DNA of 64,000 nt from the IMG/VR virus record IMGVR_UViG_3300031992_000019, one strand, 5' to 3'. The notes under the pieces are model-generated. The model saw only the letters and a list, made by a program, of their open reading frames with translations. It was not told where the DNA came from and searched no databases. Position 1 is the stretch's first letter. Each line of letters starts with the position of its first letter. This document shows, piece by piece, positions 34,248-43,426 of the stretch. The stretch is from a virus (lineage: Duplodnaviria > Caudoviricetes). A program made the position numbers and the translations under genes.

Positions 34248-34696
34248 ATCTCGAACTTTGCTCCTTTCATTTCCTTTCCGTAGATGAGCCTTCCAGTAAC
34301 TTGCGGTATGAACGTATCGCAGTCATAGTCCCCCTCTACTCTTGTAATGTAAAACAGGTCGGCATACTCCCAAGCCGCCTCGTATATCTTCTGCCCGCCG
34401 ATGATGAAGATGTCCATATCGGGGAGAATGTTCTTCAACTCTGGGATGTTCTTCGGGTCTTTGCAGATGAAGTCCACGTCACTCGGCTTGAAATTGGGGT
34501 CTTTGGACACCACGATGTTTATCCTCCCCTTCAAGGCGTGCCCGATGGAGTCATAGGTCTTTCTCCCCATCACCACGGCATTGTTGAGGGTGTATTTCTT
34601 GAACTGCTTCAAGTCCTCGGGGAGATGCCAAGGTATCTTTCCGTCCTTGCCTATGCCGTTTCTCTCATCGGCGGCTGCTATTACAATTATCCGCAT
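34196..34696 (-). CDS. folA: Dihydrofolate reductase
   Basis: GIGKDGKIPWHLPEDL, VMGRKT, FIIGG, CDTF. Confidence 0.93.
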   Translation of the reverse strand: MRIIVIAAADERNGIGKDGKIPWHLPEDLKQFKKYTLNNAVVMGRKTYDSIGHALKGRINIVVSKDPNFKPSDVDFICKDPKNIPELKNILPDMDIFIIGGQKIYEAAWEYADLFYITRVEGDYDCDTFIPQVTGRLIYGKEMKGAKFEIWKRQPNQQFMRTDMFS

Positions 34697-34890
34697 GAAT
34701 TTCTGTATATATGTTCATCGCAACTCTCTATATATTTCTTTATCGGCTTGTCAAAGAGGGTGCATGTGTTTACTCTCCTATGCTTGCACACGTAGCACAT
34801 CGGGGTGAAGTCCTTGCAAATCATCTTGGACACCCGTCTATACTCGCACGTATTTTCGTGGAATCTCACGCAGTCAGAACACGTCTTCAT
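34687..34890 (-). CDS. Small Cys-rich protein
   Basis: Two CxxC..C..C repeats. Confidence 0.6.
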   Translation of the reverse strand: MKTCSDCVRFHENTCEYRRVSKMICKDFTPMCYVCKHRRVNTCTLFDKPIKKYIESCDEHIYRNSCG

Positions 34891-35060
34891 CCGAATAAGT
34901 TTAATTGTCGCTTGTCGGCATCCTTCTGCTCCTTTTCATTGAGGTATGCCTCAAGCCATTTCTTTTCTTTGTCAAGTTCGGCGGCATTGAGTCCCTTCGA
35001 CTCAAAGAACTGGTCGATAGTCCTCAACAACCGCCGCACTCTCTTTTCAAACTCGCTCAT
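34887..35060 (-). CDS. Small protein (57 aa) ending QLNLFG
   Basis: Hand translated; ATGA overlaps on both sides. Confidence 0.6.
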   Translation of the reverse strand: MSEFEKRVRRLLRTIDQFFESKGLNAAELDKEKKWLEAYLNEKEQKDADKRQLNLFG

Positions 35061-35503
35061 ATATATTCCTTGTTCGCCTCTATCACCTTCTCCGCGTGGA
35101 CAAGCATCTGCCTATCCTCTGGGGAGGGGAGATAAAGACCGAATTGGGAGGATGACCAGTTGCGGAATCGGTCAATAGCCGTGGTCAGTTCGGAGGTGGT
35201 CAGTTCGGCGGTGCTTCTCAAGTACCTCACCATCGTCCCGAACCTGTTGGTCTTGTACCTCACGAACAACTCTGGGTTGACCAGTGCCTTGAAGTAGTCG
35301 TTCTTCGCCTCTTCCACGCTCACCCCATACTCCGAACCGAAATACCCGAAAAGAAGATACATGTACCTATTCTGCGCCAAGGAGCGTTGCGGTGACTTTC
35401 TCGTTAGGGACACCACCTCGCCCTTGTCAAGCATCTCCTTAACCTTCTCTTGGAACTTCGCCCTATCGAAGGGGTTGTTCTTGCTCAAATCATAAATTGG
35501 CAT
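35057..35503 (-). CDS. NinB/YbcN-like recombination accessory protein
   Basis: RSLAQNRY, RSTAELT, YLPSP. Confidence 0.75.
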   Translation of the reverse strand: MPIYDLSKNNPFDRAKFQEKVKEMLDKGEVVSLTRKSPQRSLAQNRYMYLLFGYFGSEYGVSVEEAKNDYFKALVNPELFVRYKTNRFGTMVRYLRSTAELTTSELTTAIDRFRNWSSSQFGLYLPSPEDRQMLVHAEKVIEANKEYI

Positions 35504-35531
35504 ACTCTATCTAAATTTTTTAACATCAAAA

Positions 35532-35655
35532 TAAAAAAATCCCCTTGCGGTTCGCGCTACCGAACTCTTCGGCAACTCGGTGTGTAGGTGCTGCGTTGAC
35601 CTGTATTTACTTTGAGTTGTTTTGTCCTATTCGACATACGACACATCGGGGATGA
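35532..35655 (-). ncRNA. Candidate structured RNA/ssDNA element downstream of ssb
   Basis: Closing stem ATCCCC..GGGGAT followed by a T run, enclosing smaller hairpins (e.g. GTTCG-GTAGCG-CGAAC). Confidence 0.35.
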
Positions 35656-35658
35656 ATC

Positions 35659-36201
35659 TTAATACGGAGGATTGCCCGTGTTCTGCGGTGTCCACCCAGC
35701 ATTCGGATTCCACCCCGTGTTGGGATTCCATCCGTTTTGCGGAGGGAACTGGGGTTGCTGATACTGCGGGTTTGGCTGCTGCGTGTACTGCGGAGGATAT
35801 TGGGGCTGCGGAGCTTGGAACTGCGGTGCTTGCTGCTGCGGTAGCGGGTCTTGCGCATCCTTTCTGCGGCATAGGTTGACCTCTTCGGCAACAATGTCCG
35901 TGAACCTCTCCTTCCTGCCGTCCTTCTCAACCTCGGTGTACTTCAACGAACCCTCCACATAAACGGTGTCACCCTTGTGGATGAGGGATTCAACTATTTC
36001 TGCCAGTCCTCGCCAAGCCGTCACGCGGTGGAACTGGGTCTCCTCCTTGACGGGTGTGCCGTCCTTCTTTGTGTAACCCCCAGTGGAGGTGGCTACGGAG
36101 AACCGAACGACCTTGACATTCTCACTACCCATCTGGATAGTCTTGACCTCTGGGTCTTTTGCCACATTGCCCAAGAGGATGATTTTATTTACACTTTTCA
36201 T
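35659..36201 (-). CDS. ssb: Single-stranded DNA-binding protein
   Basis: VNKIILLGNVAKDPE, FSVAT, AWRGLAE, KGDTVYVEG; Q/P-rich tail. Confidence 0.93.
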   Translation of the reverse strand: MKSVNKIILLGNVAKDPEVKTIQMGSENVKVVRFSVATSTGGYTKKDGTPVKEETQFHRVTAWRGLAEIVESLIHKGDTVYVEGSLKYTEVEKDGRKERFTDIVAEEVNLCRRKDAQDPLPQQQAPQFQAPQPQYPPQYTQQPNPQYQQPQFPPQNGWNPNTGWNPNAGWTPQNTGNPPY

Positions 36202-37247
36202 AATTTACATTTTGCGGTGAAACTTCCATCGACCTGCGACTCCTTGTAGTAGGGAGTGAGGTCAATCTCGGGGTGCGCTGCCTTGAACGCATCCATATCG
36301 AAACTCTTCTTGGTGTAGGGAGTGCCTCGGGTGAAACTGAACTGCTCGGTAGTCCAGCTCTTGATGTTGAGCCTTTCCATCGCGTCCTTCATCTTGGCTA
36401 CCATCTCCTTTTTGGCTTGCTCGGCTTGCTGATAAAGGGAGAAGGTCTTGACGATGTAGTTCGTCATACCCTCGATTTCTGCGGGCATCGAATCCGCTTT
36501 CTTGACGGGGAGGTAGTCATCCCTATCCGACCTGCGCACCGAATAGTCAAACATCTTCTCGTTGCTGATTTCGGCTTTCAGTAACCTTTGCACCTCTTCT
36601 ACGGGAATCCTCTTTAATTCCTTGATGCAAGGTCTCTTCGTCTTTGTCCAGTATTTCGGGTCGGGCAACCAGATGACAAGGAGTTTCCGAACCTTGATTG
36701 TCGGGTTCATCTTCTCAAAGAAATAGGCATAGATGGAGTCTTGCCAAGTCACTTTCTTCAGCGCGGTTTCATCCAAGGAGGATATGCCCTTGATGTCGGC
36801 GATATCTACCTCGTTCTCGCCAGCCTTGAAGAGTTTGTCAATAGGTGAGGCGAAGTTTTCGTCATTGACTATATACTCGCTCTCGATGTACTCCATACCC
36901 TTTGTGAGGGTCTTGTACTCCAAGAGGTCGGAGATAGCCGACTTATACATACTCACCTTATCGTAGATTTCCGCGTATGGATAACCCTCCAACTCCAGAC
37001 TCTCTTCGTACCGCTTGACATCATTCTCATCGGGAACTGACCCGAAATTGTCAAATGTCTCGCAGAGGTCGTGAACCATAGACCCTCGCTGTGCCGCCCT
37101 CTCAAGGACGTAGGAGGGTATGCCGCTAAAAGCATCGGGCGCAATTTGATAACCAATCATCTTGGTAACGCCCGAAAGCAACACACCATCCAGAGTGTAG
37201 GTGTGCTGCTCGCGGTCATATATTACGGGAGATTTCGCCAGTTTCAT
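36198..37247 (-). CDS. PD-(D/E)xK (YqaJ/Cas4-like) exonuclease
   Basis: HTY..LSGVT, RGSMVH, ASPID..IADIK, WQDSIY; next to ERF. Confidence 0.78.
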   Translation of the reverse strand: MKLAKSPVIYDREQHTYTLDGVLLSGVTKMIGYQIAPDAFSGIPSYVLERAAQRGSMVHDLCETFDNFGSVPDENDVKRYEESLELEGYPYAEIYDKVSMYKSAISDLLEYKTLTKGMEYIESEYIVNDENFASPIDKLFKAGENEVDIADIKGISSLDETALKKVTWQDSIYAYFFEKMNPTIKVRKLLVIWLPDPKYWTKTKRPCIKELKRIPVEEVQRLLKAEISNEKMFDYSVRRSDRDDYLPVKKADSMPAEIEGMTNYIVKTFSLYQQAEQAKKEMVAKMKDAMERLNIKSWTTEQFSFTRGTPYTKKSFDMDAFKAAHPEIDLTPYYKESQVDGSFTAKCKL

Positions 37248-37801
37248 GATACCTGCTTGAATCGCTCATTAAGGGCATTGCGGAACGCATCGTTGGTCTT
37301 GTAGTCGGGGTTCGCGTTGTAGAGTGCCTTCAACTCGTCTTGGGTGTTACACTGGGCAACCTTCTCGACCAGAGCCTTGATGACAAGTTCGGCACTTTCT
37401 GCCGCCTTGCGTTCGTTGGCATTCTCTTCGGTGTCGGCATCCTTGGAATCGTCAATCGCGAACAATCCGTTCAGCGCATACTTTCGCGCATAACTGGATG
37501 TTGAACCAGTCACTTGTGAGCCGTCCATGCCCTTCTTGTCATCATCGTGGCGGGCAAACGCGGTGGCGGTCTCTTTTTCGCCCTCTTTGTTCGTGAGGAC
37601 ATAGGTAGCCTTGAGGAATACGTAATTGCCGACGAGGACAATATCGTCACTACCTACCAAGGTACACTCGTTCTCTTTGAGGAGCGGCTTGACTGCCTCA
37701 AGGATAGACTCGCACGAACGATACTTGTACTTACCGAAGTTGTTATACTTGTCCTTCGGTGCTTTCAGATACTGCTGAATGTTGAATAGTTCTTTCATCA
37801 T
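37244..37801 (-). CDS. ERF-family single-strand annealing protein
   Basis: YKYRSCESIL, QVTGSTSSYARKYALNGLF, DAD. Confidence 0.9.
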   Translation of the reverse strand: MMKELFNIQQYLKAPKDKYNNFGKYKYRSCESILEAVKPLLKENECTLVGSDDIVLVGNYVFLKATYVLTNKEGEKETATAFARHDDDKKGMDGSQVTGSTSSYARKYALNGLFAIDDSKDADTEENANERKAAESAELVIKALVEKVAQCNTQDELKALYNANPDYKTNDAFRNALNERFKQVS

Positions 37802-37838
37802 AGTTTTAACCTCTAATTAAGTTGTCTAACTCACTTTA

Positions 37839-37866
37839 ATAACGCACGAAAGTCAAAAAACTTTAC
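37839..37866 (-). promoter_or_regulatory. Class C promoter GTAAA-N17-CGTTAT
   Basis: Upstream of the ERF-exonuclease-SSB operon. Confidence 0.72.
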
Positions 37867-38077
37867 AGTGCGATAAAATTTCTTCGGCACGGAAACATCT
37901 TTTCGAGTTGGGAGCATCACCGCCCGTCTCGTGGAGTTTCCCCTCGGCAATAAGCTCATTCAACCTTCTTCGCCCGACAAACGATACCGACTGGCGATAG
38001 GAGAATGTTATCCCCCTATGTGAGAGCAGCCTCATCAGGTTGTCCCAAGCCTTCGCCTTTATCTCATTCTCGGACAT
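37853..38077 (-). CDS. Excisionase/Cro-like small DNA-binding protein
   Basis: VGRRRLNELIAEGKL; divergent from repressor. Confidence 0.6.
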   Translation of the reverse strand: MSENEIKAKAWDNLMRLLSHRGITFSYRQSVSFVGRRRLNELIAEGKLHETGGDAPNSKRCFRAEEILSHCKVF

Positions 38078-38271
38078 TGTTAAATAAACCTAATTTTAAC
38101 CTTTCTTAAAACCGAAAATGTTGGATGGAATAATACATTTTACTATATTTGCCACAGACATTTATCGGTTTCGCGGTGCAAAGATACGATAAATATCCGA
38201 TATATGCAATACCTGTGCAATAAAAATGAGATTCTTTCACAATATTTAACACTTAATACTATAATTGGACT

Positions 38272-38673
38272 ATGAATGAGACTATGACAACCCCGCAGAG
38301 CATCCTCCGAAGGATAGTGGATGAACTGCACATGAGCGTGCGAGCATTCGCGCTGGGAATGAATGAACCCTATTCCAAGATTTTTGATATCTACAACGGA
38401 CGGACGAAGGTGATAGTCCCCTCGGTACAGAGGTCTATCGTGGAGCATTACGGAGTGGATGCCAACTTCTTGAGGACGGGCAAGGGCGAGGTTTTTGCCA
38501 ACCAGAGCCAAGTGCCAACGACATCGGATGACCTGACGAACTCCTTCCTAAAGGTCATATCGGTATTGTCCGAGGAAAACGCAAGACTAAAGGCAAGAAT
38601 CGAGGAGCTTGAAAGGGAGAGGATTTCCGAATCCTTGCCCCATACACAAAACGGAGAGAACTCTTTGCGCTGA
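38272..38673 (+). CDS. XRE-family repressor-like protein
   Basis: MSVRAFA..IYNGR, VDANFLRTGKGEVF, C-terminal coiled coil; upstream of integrase. Confidence 0.8.
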   Translation: MNETMTTPQSILRRIVDELHMSVRAFALGMNEPYSKIFDIYNGRTKVIVPSVQRSIVEHYGVDANFLRTGKGEVFANQSQVPTTSDDLTNSFLKVISVLSEENARLKARIEELERERISESLPHTQNGENSLR

Positions 38674-38839
38674 TATTTAGAAACTTACGGGGAGTAATTG
38701 CAAAAAAACACGATTTTTGCACTCGAAAGCCGAAAAACGTGTCTGGATGGCGTGTAATTGGGATTTCCACATTACCTCCGACACACTTTTAGGTGCAGAA
38801 TCCTTGTACGATGTGCAAAATTATTTCCGAATCCTTGTA
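38674..38839. other. Possible attP region
   Basis: Non-coding gap before integrase with direct repeat GAATCCTTGTA (38798-38808, 38829-38839). Confidence 0.4.
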
Positions 38840-40074
38840 TGAAGCAGATATCCATCTACCCAGTTATCGTAAAGAGCAAAGTCCTCAATGACGGAACGCA
38901 TAGGATAAGAATCGCGGTGTCCCACAACAACGCAACAAGATACCTCCTTACCCGTTTCGTTATCCCCTCCCCCAACAACCTAAAGAGAGGCGAGGTGTGC
39001 GGTGTGCCCAACTCAAACGTGATAAACAGGAGTTTGCGGAAACGGATAGACGAACTCTATTTATTATATGACACCATACCCCACGGGGAGATATTGTCTT
39101 GTTCGCAGATTATCGAGATATTCAAGGACGGGGGTCTGGAACAACCCACCACGATAAAAGAGATACTTGACGAATGGGTGTCCTCAAAGCCTAACATCAA
39201 GGAATCCTCCGCGAACCTATACAGAAAGGGGATAAGCTACTTTATGGACTATATGGGCGAGGACTATGTTCTTTCCCGACTCACTCCCTCGGTAATCAAC
39301 GGGTATATAAGGCATCTAAAAAAGACCCTCAACCCCACCACGATAACGATGAAGATAAGCAACCTTCACTCCTTGGTCAACTTCGCGGTGCAGAGGGGAT
39401 TCGTGAAATTCAACATCGACCCGTTTATTGATTATCGCAAACTCCCCTCCATAATAAGGGACGTGGCACTTACTGTCTCCCAGTTAAGAAAGATAAGGGA
39501 CGCGGAGATTGATTCAATACCGATGAGAGCCGCGAGGGACTACTTTATGTTATCCTTCTATTTGTGTGGTATGAACTACGCAGATTATTCTACTCTTGAC
39601 TTGACGAAGGATATAATAAGGTTCAAGAGGAAGAAGACCGAAAACCGAAGGGAGGAGTACACGGCTTTCACTATGCCCAAGGAGGCAAGGGCGATAGCGG
39701 ATAAATCTCTGGATAGAAACCGAATCGTCTTGGGTATGAGGTACACCCCGTCCTCCCTACATTCCATCTTCTACCTCCAACTTCCCAAATTGAGGGATAT
39801 GGTCATCCCCGACTGCGAAAGGCTCATTATGTACTCCGCTCGAAAGACGTTTGCCCAGATATGTGCCGAACTCGGTGTCAGCGATGCGATAATCGAATAC
39901 TGCTTGGGTGATGCCTCTTCGAGGTCAAAGGCGATAACTTATTATAGGAAGGTCACTATGGAGATGGCAGATAGGGAGATTAGGAGGGTATTGGATTTCG
40001 TGGCTTCGGACTTGAGTGTCGAAGAATACCTAAAAGGCGCATCCGCCGAAGAATCACTCCCCAACGGATGCTGA
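38839..40074 (+). CDS. int: Tyrosine integrase (Bacteroidales type)
   Basis: Arm-binding N-terminus, SAM-like middle, FYLCGMNYAD, RKKT, YSARKTFA, CLGD, YY. Confidence 0.88.
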   Translation: MKQISIYPVIVKSKVLNDGTHRIRIAVSHNNATRYLLTRFVIPSPNNLKRGEVCGVPNSNVINRSLRKRIDELYLLYDTIPHGEILSCSQIIEIFKDGGLEQPTTIKEILDEWVSSKPNIKESSANLYRKGISYFMDYMGEDYVLSRLTPSVINGYIRHLKKTLNPTTITMKISNLHSLVNFAVQRGFVKFNIDPFIDYRKLPSIIRDVALTVSQLRKIRDAEIDSIPMRAARDYFMLSFYLCGMNYADYSTLDLTKDIIRFKRKKTENRREEYTAFTMPKEARAIADKSLDRNRIVLGMRYTPSSLHSIFYLQLPKLRDMVIPDCERLIMYSARKTFAQICAELGVSDAIIEYCLGDASSRSKAITYYRKVTMEMADREIRRVLDFVASDLSVEEYLKGASAEESLPNGC

Positions 40075-40100
40075 ATGTTGCTCTCTGTCTTATCCTGCTC
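40032..40100 (-). ncRNA. Candidate small RNA antisense to the integrase 3' end
   Basis: Class A promoter 40112-40104 with no ORF found behind it; hairpin 40071-40039 pairs fully only on the minus strand; then a T run. Confidence 0.45.
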
Positions 40101-40103
40101 GGT

Positions 40104-40224
40104 GCAAAGATATACAATATTATCCCTCTACGCGCATTTTGAGGGGTATTCATTGCACTTTTATTTATTGTGCGGACATACCCCCCCCTAATGATTGAAA
40201 TAAGGGATTTTAGGCTATCTTTGC
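40104..40224. promoter_or_regulatory. Divergent class A promoter pair sharing box 40155-40173
   Basis: TATCTTTGC at 40112-40104 (-) and 40216-40224 (+), both at offset 43; C8 tract 40181-40188. Confidence 0.78.
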
Positions 40225-40256
40225 AGCGAAAAAGTTTAACTTAAATATAAAAGGAT

Positions 40257-40724
40257 ATGCCACAAAGACGAAATCGAAATTTTGAAATTAGGCCAAACGA
40301 AAGGTCAAGGAGGGGCCGAGCAGCCTTTTTACGTCAAATTCGCAAATGGCGCGGCACTCCAAAATCCATCAACGACCTCGACTCTCAAGGTAATAGGATT
40401 GCGAATGAAATCAAAGCAGCCTACGACAAGGCGAAGTCGGAGGGGAACAAGGCTCGTATGAAGCAACTTCACAAGAGGCTTATTGGTGTCTATAAGTCTT
40501 GGGACAGATATGCGATGAACACTCGAGGTTATCTGAAGAATAGGATGCGAGACACCACAGGATTAAGCTCTTTTCCTCTTACCAAGGAAGACCGCACCGA
40601 CAACAACAATGCCGCAAAGTGGCTTGGCAAGGGTTTCGCACGTGAGCTTCGGAATGAAGGTATTAGAGCCGCGAAACAAGATGCAGCGAATCTCCTCGGA
40701 GCGAAAGTGTTGAACGAAGGATAA
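40257..40724 (+). CDS. MATR-family basic protein (outlier)
   Basis: KSINDLDSQGNRI, RYAMNT; ends VLNEG. Confidence 0.85.
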   Translation: MPQRRNRNFEIRPNERSRRGRAAFLRQIRKWRGTPKSINDLDSQGNRIANEIKAAYDKAKSEGNKARMKQLHKRLIGVYKSWDRYAMNTRGYLKNRMRDTTGLSSFPLTKEDRTDNNNAAKWLGKGFARELRNEGIRAAKQDAANLLGAKVLNEG

Positions 40725-40739
40725 CCCTCCAACAACAAT

Positions 40740-40770
40740 ACACCCTCCCACTTTATCGGTGAGAGGGTGT
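40740..40770. terminator. Terminator between convergent genes
   Basis: ACACCCTC..GAGGGTGT stem, T-rich tail. Confidence 0.65.
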
Positions 40771-40798
40771 TTGTTTTTATCCATTGCCGCCTGCGAAC

Positions 40799-41164
40799 TT
40801 ACCCAGCAGACAAACCTTGAGCCTTACGATGCTCGCGATACTCTTTCCGTTTTCGTTCAGGACTTACATAGTTCCTATTTATTCTCTCCATAAAATCGGA
40901 TGGACTCTCCCTATTAAGCCACGCGGCCATTTCTGGCGTAACTCGTCTTGGTGTTGCAAGCATTTTTGCTCGTTTCAACCTTCCATCCAACCCCCTATCG
41001 AGTTTATCAAGGGCTTCTTGAAGTTTGATATTGTCACCAAACATACCGCGACCACTACGTTGCTTCTTCTTGTAGTCGGCTATCAACTTCTTTCTTTCCC
41101 TCTCATAACGCTTGCGTTCCTTCTCTTGCGCAAGGGCAATCTTGTCTTCTTGTCTTTCTGCCAT
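40799..41164 (-). CDS. MATR-related basic protein (outlier)
   Basis: Ends EYREHRKAQGLSAG. Confidence 0.83.
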   Translation of the reverse strand: MAERQEDKIALAQEKERKRYERERKKLIADYKKKQRSGRGMFGDNIKLQEALDKLDRGLDGRLKRAKMLATPRRVTPEMAAWLNRESPSDFMERINRNYVSPERKRKEYREHRKAQGLSAG

Positions 41165-41204
41165 ACTTAATACTTACAATTAAAAGTTAAACATTTTTCT
41201 CGCT

Positions 41205-41273
41205 GCAAAGATAGCGCATTTTAGCCGTTTGCAATCACTGGGGGGGGGAATAACGCACAATAAATAAAAGTGC
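41205..41273 (-). promoter_or_regulatory. Class A promoter with a 9-nt G/C homopolymer spacer
   Basis: TATCTTTGC 41213-41205, TGATTG, box 41255-41273; G9 at 41240-41248. Confidence 0.78.
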
Positions 41274-41307
41274 AATGAAGGGTTGTCTATGAGCCTATAT
41301 CGGGGTC

Positions 41308-41928
41308 TTACCACCAGTGATTATACTCTTTCGCGCGTTCTTTGCGGAGATAGTCGCACATCCAGCTATACATCCAACCGCCCTTGTTCTTGTGGGACTT
41401 CCACCTTTGATGGAGCAAGGCAATCTGCGGAAGATTATCCGTGGAGATTTCGGGCCATATATCGAAATAGATGGTGTCATACCTCTCGTCTTTTTGAGGC
41501 TTGTATTCGAGGATGTCAGCGCAAATAACCTTCAAGGGGAGGTCTTTGTATTTAGGATAGACCAAATCAATCACGTCTTGGTACTTCTCATACACGGTTA
41601 TGTCGGTGATAGTCCCGTCATTGACCTTATCGCGGAGGTTCTCGAGGATAAGTCCGATACCCAGACCACCAATCATAACCTTGCCCTTGGCTTTCTGTAT
41701 GAATAGTCGGTTTGTTTCCATCTCCATATTGGTGTCGGACATCATCAACTCCCCGTTCACGGAAAGCCTTACGAAGTCACCGCTTGTGACTTGCATAAAG
41801 TACGGCTGTCGGCTGAATAGAGAGCGCATATTATACATCTGCGCCTTCTCCTTGTCGATGGAGATATGCGTTATCTTTGCACACCCGATGGTTTCGGGTA
41901 CTGGGAAATTTTGCTTCACACCTTTCAT
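41308..41928 (-). CDS. Spermidine-synthase-like class I SAM-dependent transferase
   Basis: LMMSDT, IGGLGIG, VYEKYQDVI, YDTIYFDIW. Confidence 0.78.
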   Translation of the reverse strand: MKGVKQNFPVPETIGCAKITHISIDKEKAQMYNMRSLFSRQPYFMQVTSGDFVRLSVNGELMMSDTNMEMETNRLFIQKAKGKVMIGGLGIGLILENLRDKVNDGTITDITVYEKYQDVIDLVYPKYKDLPLKVICADILEYKPQKDERYDTIYFDIWPEISTDNLPQIALLHQRWKSHKNKGGWMYSWMCDYLRKERAKEYNHWW

Positions 41929-42050
41929 ATTCCTTTCTTTTTCATTTCTTCCAGAATCTTTCGCGTCTTCTGTATCGTGTCAATCTTGCTTGCTTTCCAC
42001 CCAAGATAGAAGAAGAACAAGCAGAGGGGGATAATCAAGAGAACCATATC

Positions 42051-42272
42051 CTACGGGTAGTAAACTCCGTTTATGAATGTCTTGTAGTGGCTATCCGCAT
42101 TGGGGACTTTAACCAGTTCAAACACACGTTTCCAGAAGGTGTTCTTCGGGTCGGGTTTCTCCTCAAGCATCATATTGACGATGCCTTTGCCATTCGGGTA
42201 GCACGCGGTGAGCGCACGTTCCCTTGACCCTTTTTCAAGGGTGTTCCAATACTTGATGCTTACTTTCTTCAT
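42051..42272 (-). CDS. Hypothetical protein
   Basis: Operon continuity. Confidence 0.65.
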   Translation of the reverse strand: MKKVSIKYWNTLEKGSRERALTACYPNGKGIVNMMLEEKPDPKNTFWKRVFELVKVPNADSHYKTFINGVYYP

Positions 42273-42277
42273 AATCC

Positions 42278-42700
42278 TTAATGTTTATACATATTTTTCG
42301 GTGCTTCGATGAACATCCCTATTGGGAGTCGGTAATTGAAATGATGCTCGTCAAGATAGTCCTTCACCTCGATGGACATCCTGTATAGATTGGTGTTGAA
42401 GTCGATATCATCGTCACCCAAGATAGTGAAGCCATCCCACCCCTCATAAGCCTCGAAGTCGTGAGGAAGGAGCTTGTTGAGTTCCCTCTTCTCTTTCTGC
42501 GTGGCATTCTTCCAAGAGCGGAGATAGGGACGGCAGTCCTCTATTGGATAGAAGGAGTCCAAACACTTATCGTTAAGGTCGATAAGGGGTATCTCATACT
42601 CTGGCGCACCTTCTTTCCCCTCATAGGCGAACCTCATCTTGTAGGGGTAGCCATCGCAGAAAACGCGGAAGAGCAGCTTCTTCTTTTCTTTCTTGGTCAT
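42278..42700 (-). CDS. Hypothetical phage protein (RPYLR / HHFNYR type)
   Basis: Motif pattern common in Bacteroidales phages. Confidence 0.72.
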   Translation of the reverse strand: MTKKEKKKLLFRVFCDGYPYKMRFAYEGKEGAPEYEIPLIDLNDKCLDSFYPIEDCRPYLRSWKNATQKEKRELNKLLPHDFEAYEGWDGFTILGDDDIDFNTNLYRMSIEVKDYLDEHHFNYRLPIGMFIEAPKNMYKH

Positions 42701-42909
42701 TTCTTCACGATTTTGATGGTGTCGCCCACTTGGTAGAGGGTGTTGGTATAGATGTTCACATTATCAGCTCTTCTATTGCAGTCGGCAACGGATATTTTAT
42801 ACTTTTTGTCAAATTGCGGAGAGAGCACCTTGACCTCCTCTACAACTCCCGTGTCATTTATATTGACACAAGACGAAAGCAGCAGACATAACAATAAAAA
42901 TTTCTTCAT
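42697..42909 (-). CDS. Small lipoprotein
   Basis: MKK-hydrophobic-LSSC lipobox; YQVGDTI. Confidence 0.72.
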   Translation of the reverse strand: MKKFLLLCLLLSSCVNINDTGVVEEVKVLSPQFDKKYKISVADCNRRADNVNIYTNTLYQVGDTIKIVKK

Positions 42910-42917
42910 TTTCTTTT

Positions 42918-42945
42918 ATAACGTATAAATAGGATAAATGTTTAC
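42918..42945 (-). promoter_or_regulatory. Class C promoter GTAAA-N17-CGTTAT
   Basis: 17-nt spacer; directly upstream of 42909. Confidence 0.72.
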
Positions 42946-43426
42946 TTGTTTGCTTTTTTTAACCTTTTAACAGCCTCTTCTTCCGTGTCACCCCAAGCCG
43001 CGTTTATTTTCCCGTTTTTGGAGGCATTGGCACACCACTGGCGAAACCTCTTGTCAAAGTAAACTTTCATTTGTTTATGAGTATCTGGTTGCCTTTGCAA
43101 GGGCAGTCTCTACCTTGAAAAAAATCGCACCTCTTGTTGGGAGAGGCATCACCCGCGTCACAATACGGGCATCGCCCATTTCTTGCGACCAGACTCGGAG
43201 TCATTTCTACCCTCTTGTAATGGTTGCGCCATCAAGTCTCTTTCTTAATCCAGTCTATCAGTTTGAATAGTCTTTCCATAATCATTCGTGATTACATACT
43301 ATCGAGTAAATATTATCCTTGACAAAATGTTCACATCCTCTGCAAAAAGTGCCTCCTACCAAGGCTATATGTCCAAGGAAGTTCTTGCCATAAGGACACC
43401 TATCCATCAAGACATTGTATTGCTTG

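Noticed and set aside
35532-35655. tRNA gene
   Set aside because: Contains GTTCG, but I could not build a cloverleaf with a proper acceptor stem and anticodon arm.
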